Under the pieces are notes generated by a model that worked only from the letters and a program-made list of their open reading frames with translations, was not told the DNA's origin and searched no databases. A stretch of 64,000 bases of DNA from an uncultured Candidatus Binatia bacterium (lineage in GTDB: Bacteria > Desulfobacterota > Binatia > UBA9968 > JAJDTQ01), in assembly GCA_965213675.1 (NCBI GenBank), contig OZ243916.1:1-64000 (forward strand), in the 5' to 3' direction. Each line of letters begins with the position of its first letter. Positions within the stretch are counted from its first letter, which is position 1. A program made the position numbers and the translations under genes. Below, piece by piece: positions 58,641 through 64,000 of this stretch.

Positions 58641-58731
58641 GGCGACGGCCGGTCGCGCCTACAGGTCATCGCGCATTGCCGGCAAGGACAATCCTCCGCA
58701 CATTTGCGCGAGTTGGCCGAACATCACACTA
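58641..58731. repeat. GTAG-type REP plus right half of MITE family A ending at the MFS stop codon
   Basis: GGCGACGGCCGGTCGCGCCTACA, then GTCATCGCGCATTGCCG...AATCCTCCGCA...CATCACACTA. Confidence 0.6.
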
Positions 58732-59949
58732 CGGGGCGGAAGCCCCGTCCGCCGTGGCCGGAACCGTCCGGGCAATGGCCCTTTCGTCGATGGGCCAGTG
58801 GATGATGGCGGCCGCGACGCCCAGGCCCACGGCGGTCCACCAGACGATGTCGTAGGAGCCGGTGTAGTCGAACAGCACGCCGCCGAGCCAGATGCCGATG
58901 AAGCTGCCGATCTGGTGGTCCAGGAACACGATGCCGTAGAGCATGGCCATGTAACGGGTGCCGAAGACCTGGGCGACGATGCCGCTGGTAAGGGGGATGG
59001 TGCTCAGGAAGAGCAGCCCCATGACCGATGAGAACACGATCACGCTGGTGTCCGTCATCGGCACCAGGAAGAACCCGGTCATGACCACCGCGCGCATGAA
59101 GTAGATGAAGCTCAGCAGGTTCTTCTTGCTGTAGCGGTTACCCAAGGCGCCGGCGGCCAGGCAGCCGAAGACGTTGAAGAACCCCAGGAGCGAGATGGCG
59201 GTGGCGCCGAGCCCCGGGGACAACCCGTTGTCCACCAGGAGCGCGGGCAGGTGCTGGGCGATGAACAGCGTCTGGAACCCGCACACGAAGAAGCCCGCGG
59301 TCAACAGCAGGTAGCCCGAGTGGCGCCGGGCCTCGCCCAGGGCCTGCCACAGGGTCTGCTCGCGCTGCACCGCGGCGGGTGTGTTCTCGACCAGCGCCGA
59401 CGACAGCGGGACGATGAGGCCGGCCACCAGCGCCAGCAGCACCAGGGTCTCGACCCAGCCGTAGGACGACAGGAACACCTGCGTGAACGGCACCACCAGG
59501 AACTGCCCGGAGGAGCCGCCGGCGCTGCCGATGCCCAGGTAGATTCCGCGCCACTTGGCGGGGGCGCTGCGGCCGATGACGGCGAGCACGAGCGAGAAGC
59601 TGGTGCCGCTCATGGCCACGCCCGTGAGCAGGGCGGTGCTCAGGGTCATGCTCAGCGGATCCGTGGACACGGACATGAGGTAGAGTCCGGCCATATAGGC
59701 GACGGCGCTCAGGGCCACCACCTTGGCCGAGCCGTAGCGGTCGGCGAGGCCCCCGAGGAACGGCTGCGCCAGGCCCCAGATCAGGCTCTGGAGCGCCACG
59801 GCCAGGGAGAAGACGCCGCGCGGCCACCCGAACGAGTCGCTGATGGGAGTGAGGAACAGGCCGTAGGTCTGGCGGATGCCGAAGGCCAGCATCATCACCA
59901 GAGTGCCACAGACGAGTACGACCACCGGGGTGCGCCAGGAACGTTGCAT
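58729..59949 (-). CDS. MFS transporter
   Basis: About 12 TM segments; GGLADRYG, GFFVCGF and HQIGSF.G.WLGG motifs. Confidence 0.93.
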   Translation of the reverse strand: MQRSWRTPVVVLVCGTLVMMLAFGIRQTYGLFLTPISDSFGWPRGVFSLAVALQSLIWGLAQPFLGGLADRYGSAKVVALSAVAYMAGLYLMSVSTDPLSMTLSTALLTGVAMSGTSFSLVLAVIGRSAPAKWRGIYLGIGSAGGSSGQFLVVPFTQVFLSSYGWVETLVLLALVAGLIVPLSSALVENTPAAVQREQTLWQALGEARRHSGYLLLTAGFFVCGFQTLFIAQHLPALLVDNGLSPGLGATAISLLGFFNVFGCLAAGALGNRYSKKNLLSFIYFMRAVVMTGFFLVPMTDTSVIVFSSVMGLLFLSTIPLTSGIVAQVFGTRYMAMLYGIVFLDHQIGSFIGIWLGGVLFDYTGSYDIVWWTAVGLGVAAAIIHWPIDERAIARTVPATADGASAP

Positions 59950-59980
59950 GGGTGTGATGAGTCATAGAGGGTGCGGGGGT

Positions 59981-60035
59981 TCCGGGTCAAGCCCGGCTTC
60001 CCGCACCCGCTGGATTCCCGCTTGCAGGGGAATGA
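59981..60035 (-). repeat. REP/dRS3-like palindromes
   Basis: Minus strand CTCATTCCCCTGCAAGCGGGAATCCA, then CCGGGCTTGACCCGG. Confidence 0.6.
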
Positions 60036-60166
60036 GGAAGAGTAGGGCGGAAAGACGGAGAGGCGGGCTAAAGGAAGAGGAGGGTGGAGTTGAGGCGAGG
60101 CGGGGGTGACAAGGCGACCGGCATTCGTGCATAAAGGTCGACAGTTTATCATGCGGAGGTGTTGCG

Positions 60167-61063
60167 ATGGCTTTCAGGATCGGCACGGCGGATGCGGGCG
60201 GCACGTTCGACACCCAAGGCGCGGCGGTGGCACAGGTGTTCAACGAATCCCGCCCGCCCGAGGCACACTGCGAGCTCACGCGCAGCTTCGCGAGCATCGA
60301 CAACGCCAACCGGCTCCATCGGGGCGAGATCGAGTTCGGCTTCATGGCCTCCAACTGGACGCCGCGGGCGGCGCGGGGGACGGCGCCCTTCGACCACCCC
60401 ATCGGACTGCGCATGGTGTCGCCGGCCAACGCCGGCCCGATCTTCTTCGTCACCCTCGCGGACTCGCCCGTGGGGAACATCGCCGATCTCGCCGGCAAGC
60501 GGGTGGCGGTGGGGGCCAGGGACAGCGGCATGACCCAGCACGTCCACACCCTCTGCGATGCGCTGGGCGTTCCCTTCTCGGACTTCGACCCGGTCTACAT
60601 GACCTTCCCGGAGGGAGCGGACGCCCTGGTGGCGGGGGAGGTGGACGTCCAGTTCCAGTGCCCGATCCCCAATGCGGTGATGACCGACCTGAGCGAGCGG
60701 GCCCGGGTCAAGGTGGTCCCGTACCGCGAGGACCAGATCGAGGACGTGCTCTCCAAGGTCCCGTTCTACCGGCGGGTCGTGATGCGCCGGGGCGCCTTCC
60801 GCGGAGTGGACGAAGATATCCCCCAGCTTGCGGTGCTCAACGTCCTGGTGAGCCACGAGCGGGTGGACGAGGAGCTCGTCTACGAGTTCGCCTCGACGCT
60901 GGTGCGGAACGCCGAAGCGCTGGCCCGGATCAATCCCCTGTTCGACACATTGGCCGAGCTTTACGAACCGCTACGGACCCAGGGCGCCGCGGCGCTGGAG
61001 CTGGACGGGGTGCCGCTGCATCCCGGAGCGGTGAGGGCCTACCGGGACGCGGGTTATCTTTGA
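60167..61063 (+). CDS. TAXI-family solute-binding protein with no signal peptide
   Basis: IGTADAGGTF, SIDN, DLAGKRVAVG..DSG and PLHPGA..AYRDAG motifs; the sequence starts at the mature domain. Confidence 0.85.
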   Translation: MAFRIGTADAGGTFDTQGAAVAQVFNESRPPEAHCELTRSFASIDNANRLHRGEIEFGFMASNWTPRAARGTAPFDHPIGLRMVSPANAGPIFFVTLADSPVGNIADLAGKRVAVGARDSGMTQHVHTLCDALGVPFSDFDPVYMTFPEGADALVAGEVDVQFQCPIPNAVMTDLSERARVKVVPYREDQIEDVLSKVPFYRRVVMRRGAFRGVDEDIPQLAVLNVLVSHERVDEELVYEFASTLVRNAEALARINPLFDTLAELYEPLRTQGAAALELDGVPLHPGAVRAYRDAGYL

Positions 61064-61090
61064 CACCGGCCCCGGATCCGGAGAGGTGCC

Positions 61091-62392
61091 ATGAAGAATC
61101 CCATCGACGCGGCCGGCCGCCTCGCATCACGAGCCGAGGAAGACGGCGACTTCCGCGAACGTCTTCTCGCGCAACCCCGAGAGACCATCGAGAAGGAACT
61201 CGGCGTGACGCTGGCCGAGGACCATGAGATCCACGTGCACGAGGAAACCTACGGCGCCACGCACGTGGTGCTTCCGCCGCGCGGTAAATTCAGCGCGGCC
61301 GAACGGAAGGAGGCGAAAGCCGGCGCGACATCATTGGAGTTTCTTCGCAAGACGATGCACGATCCCGCGCCGCCCGCTCGTCCCCCGGCCGCTGGAGGGC
61401 CGAGCACCCGGGTGGACGCCGCGACCCCCGAGGCACTGGCAGGGGCGGGCAGGGAAAGCATCCGCCGCGGTCTCGCCTTCCTGGAATCCACCCTCGACGA
61501 ACAGGGGGCCTGGCATTGCATCCGGTTCAACACGGCCGACCCGAACATTCCGCGGCATTTCGAAAGACCTCCCTTCGTATCGGCCCTCTGCGTGCTCGCC
61601 CTGGAAAGCAGCGATGAAGCTCGCGCCAGGGCCATGTGCGCCGCCACCAGGGCGTACCTTGTCAGGACCATCGAGTATCCCGGGTTGTGGCGCTACTACC
61701 GCCACCTGCCCCAGGATCTGGATAGCACCTCGCTCTGCTCGCTTGTCCTCGGGACTCACCCATGGATTGCGCTGGGAAGAAACGTTCCGGCGATATTGGC
61801 GAACCGCGACGAGGAAGGCCGGTTCATGACCTGGGTGCTGGAGGAAGACGAACCCAACGTCGTGGCGACCTTTCGCATCGAGGCGGATCCGGTGGTCAAC
61901 GCCAACGTCATTGCGTATCTGGGCGACCACGCCGAGACCAAGGCTGCCCAACGATGGTTGGAATCGTTGATTGCCGAGGGCCGCCTCGAGGGCTCGTCCA
62001 AGTGGTATCCCGACACGGTGGCCATCTACTATGCCGCCACGCGCGCCATGGTCCGGGCGCGGCCCGCCCTCGATGGACTGCGCCCGATACTCGCCGACCG
62101 TATCCTGGGACTGCGCGACGACAACGGACAATTCGGCGACGTCCTCCGGACCGCGCAGGCCGTGTCGGCGCTCTACAACATTGGATGTCTTGGACGCATC
62201 GACGCCAAACGCCAGGTGGAGAGGTTCGTCGGTTGGCAACGTGAGAACGGGAGCTGGCCGGAGCTGCTCGCGTTCGGCGATCAGTCGTTGAAGTGGGGCG
62301 CGTTCGGACAGATAGGGCATGGCTCCGAAGCCGTGACCTCGGCGTTTTGTATCGAAGCGCTGGAGCGGCTGGTCGAAGTCCTGCGCGCCTGA
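61091..62392 (+). CDS. Fusion: NHLP (nitrile-hydratase-like leader peptide) domain plus class II terpene-cyclase/prenyltransferase-like domain
   Basis: N-terminus RAEEDGDFRERLLAQPRETIEKELGVTL...IHVHEET...HVVLPP...ERKEAKAG; C-terminus GLWRYY, PQDLDST, DPVVNANV, WYP and WQRENGSW. Confidence 0.75.
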   Translation: MKNPIDAAGRLASRAEEDGDFRERLLAQPRETIEKELGVTLAEDHEIHVHEETYGATHVVLPPRGKFSAAERKEAKAGATSLEFLRKTMHDPAPPARPPAAGGPSTRVDAATPEALAGAGRESIRRGLAFLESTLDEQGAWHCIRFNTADPNIPRHFERPPFVSALCVLALESSDEARARAMCAATRAYLVRTIEYPGLWRYYRHLPQDLDSTSLCSLVLGTHPWIALGRNVPAILANRDEEGRFMTWVLEEDEPNVVATFRIEADPVVNANVIAYLGDHAETKAAQRWLESLIAEGRLEGSSKWYPDTVAIYYAATRAMVRARPALDGLRPILADRILGLRDDNGQFGDVLRTAQAVSALYNIGCLGRIDAKRQVERFVGWQRENGSWPELLAFGDQSLKWGAFGQIGHGSEAVTSAFCIEALERLVEVLRA

Positions 62393-62485
62393 CAGGTTTG
62401 TTGGCACCCGTATCGAGTGATAAAATTACACCGGTGCCGGGGAGGCTGGTCCTTTATGCCGCAAGATTCAGCCCTGGGAGGGGGC

Positions 62486-64000
62486 GTGAGCTCGGACAAG
62501 GCTGACATCACGCAGCAGATCGAGCCGTCGGTCCGTAACGCGCTACCGCATTACCTGCCACTGGGCATTTTCCCGCTGCTTCTCGCCGCCGCGATGTACG
62601 GCGGCTGGTGGCTGTTGCCGCCATTTCTCTTCATGAGCGTCGTGGGGCCGCTGGATCGGGCGCTCGGTCCCGACGGCCGCAACATGGACCCGGAGAAAAC
62701 GCCGGAACGCCGGCTGCTCTGGCACAATCTGCCGGTCTGGATCTGGGCGTTTCTGTGGCCGCCGGCGCTCATTTTCGGCATGTGGCAAATCCTGGTCGCG
62801 AATCAGTTCGCGATCTGGGAAGCCGTGATCCTGGTGATTCTTCTGACCATGGAGGCGCAGGCTGTATTCGTGGTGGGTCACGAACTGGTCCACCGGCGCC
62901 TTGCCTGGGAACGGCGTCTCGGAGAATTCCTGCTGGCCTCCGCCTCGTATCCGCAATATTCCACGGAGCATGTCTACATCCACCACGCCAAGGTCGGCAC
63001 TCCGCTCGATGTGGGCTCGGCTCCGAAGGGGGAAAGTTTCTGGAGATATTTCCCCAAGGAAATCGTCAGCAACATCACCAACTCCTGGGAATTCGCCGGC
63101 GAGCGGCTGGCGCGGCGCGGTCTGCCGCGGTGGCACTACAGCAATCAGTTCTGGCGCTACGGCATCGCCGTCCTGTTCTGGTATGGACTGGTGTGGTGGA
63201 TGAGCGGGATCCTCGCCGTGCTGGTCTTTGTCTTTCTCGGCCTGAGCTGCGTCTTCTCGATGAAGATCAGCAACTACTTCCAGCACTACGGTCTGCGCCG
63301 GGTGCGTCAGCCCAACGGCCGTTGGGAAAAGGTGATGCCGCGCCATTCCTGGAACGCGGACTGGAAGTACAGCAACTGGATGTTTTTCAACATGCAGCGC
63401 CATGCGGATCATCATGCGGCGGCGGCACGCCACTACCCGTTGCTCCAGGTCCGCGGCGCCGATGAAGCGCCGGTATTGCCGGGCACCTACGCCGACATGA
63501 TGAACATCGTGCTGCGGCCCAGGCGCTGGTTCGAGAAGATGGACCCGCTGGTGGATCAATGGCGCGCGCATTTCTATCCGGAGATCGATGACTGGAGCGC
63601 CTACGACAGCCCGATTGCGGCGGCGCGGCCGGAAGCCTTCGAGGCCATCGTCGAAATCTTCGGCGCCGCCCCGCGGCTCGCCAGGTGGATCGAACGCAAT
63701 CCGGAGCTTCTGGACAGCCTGCGGGACCGGGAATTCACCGATCTCGACCTGCCGACGGGATTCGGGCCGGATCGGCAGACCGAGGCGATTGCGCGGCGCG
63801 GGCTTGCGCGACTCTATTGGACGGTGGAAATGGGCGTCCAGGACATGAAGGAACTGATCGCCGAAATACCCACGGCGGATGCCAGGGAAACCGCCGAGAT
63901 CGTACGAAACTGGTCCAACGACAAGGCGTTTCAGATCGCTATGCACGTGGTTCGCGGGAACCTGTCGCCGGCCGAGGCAAAGACCGCGCTGTCCAATCTC
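62486..64000 (+). CDS. AlkB-like membrane di-iron monooxygenase/desaturase with a C-terminal GlnE-like extension (3' end outside the window)
   Basis: Hand translation from GTG at 62486 (RBS GGGAGG): GHELVH, EHVYIHH, NYFQHYG, HSWN and MQRHADHH motifs. The frame is open to the window end. Confidence 0.85.
   Translation, partial: MSSDKADITQQIEPSVRNALPHYLPLGIFPLLLAAAMYGGWWLLPPFLFMSVVGPLDRALGPDGRNMDPEKTPERRLLWHNLPVWIWAFLWPPALIFGMWQILVANQFAIWEAVILVILLTMEAQAVFVVGHELVHRRLAWERRLGEFLLASASYPQYSTEHVYIHHAKVGTPLDVGSAPKGESFWRYFPKEIVSNITNSWEFAGERLARRGLPRWHYSNQFWRYGIAVLFWYGLVWWMSGILAVLVFVFLGLSCVFSMKISNYFQHYGLRRVRQPNGRWEKVMPRHSWNADWKYSNWMFFNMQRHADHHAAAARHYPLLQVRGADEAPVLPGTYADMMNIVLRPRRWFEKMDPLVDQWRAHFYPEIDDWSAYDSPIAAARPEAFEAIVEIFGAAPRLARWIERNPELLDSLRDREFTDLDLPTGFGPDRQTEAIARRGLARLYWTVEMGVQDMKELIAEIPTADARETAEIVRNWSNDKAFQIAMHVVRGNLSPAEAKTALSNL

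Noticed and set aside
61091-61324. Nitrile hydratase alpha subunit
   Set aside because: It lacks the CxxCSC metal motif and there is no beta-subunit gene; it fits the NHLP leader pattern

Overview
This is a GC-rich bacterial chromosomal window with no rRNA, tRNA or CRISPR array that I could see. The gene content suggests a host-associated (sponge-symbiont-like) deltaproteobacterium or Binatia-type organism; that is inference only. The left end has two type II toxin-antitoxin loci (VapBC-like and RelBE-like, with a degenerate RelE) and a gene relic, followed by fhs. The middle is mostly catabolic and transport genes: M20 hydrolase/ComDE-like/Rid, xth, PQQ dehydrogenase, LLM oxidoreductase, TctABC, TAXI-TRAP, an orphan binding protein, CoA-transferase III/enoyl-CoA hydratase/citryl-CoA-lyase-like genes, an enolase-superfamily enzyme, an M16 pair and hemQ. 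There is also a 7.2-kb Calx-beta/FN3 surface-protein gene with five ~360-bp tandem repeats and an S8 protease. Four highlights: (1) a right-end cluster of a signal-peptide-less TAXI protein, an NHLP (RiPP-leader)-like domain fused to a class II terpene-cyclase/prenyltransferase-like domain, and an AlkB-like di-iron enzyme fused to a GlnE-like region; (2) a stand-alone GrdE/GrdB-like reductase pair with an in-frame UGA, a SECIS-like hairpin and a UxxSxxS motif instead of UxxCxxC; (3) two ~160-bp MITE families plus REP-like hairpins, often abutting TAG stop codons; (4) a RelE gene that has lost both its start and stop codons and reads into a Phd antitoxin. All family assignments come from motif recognition by eye, not database searches.
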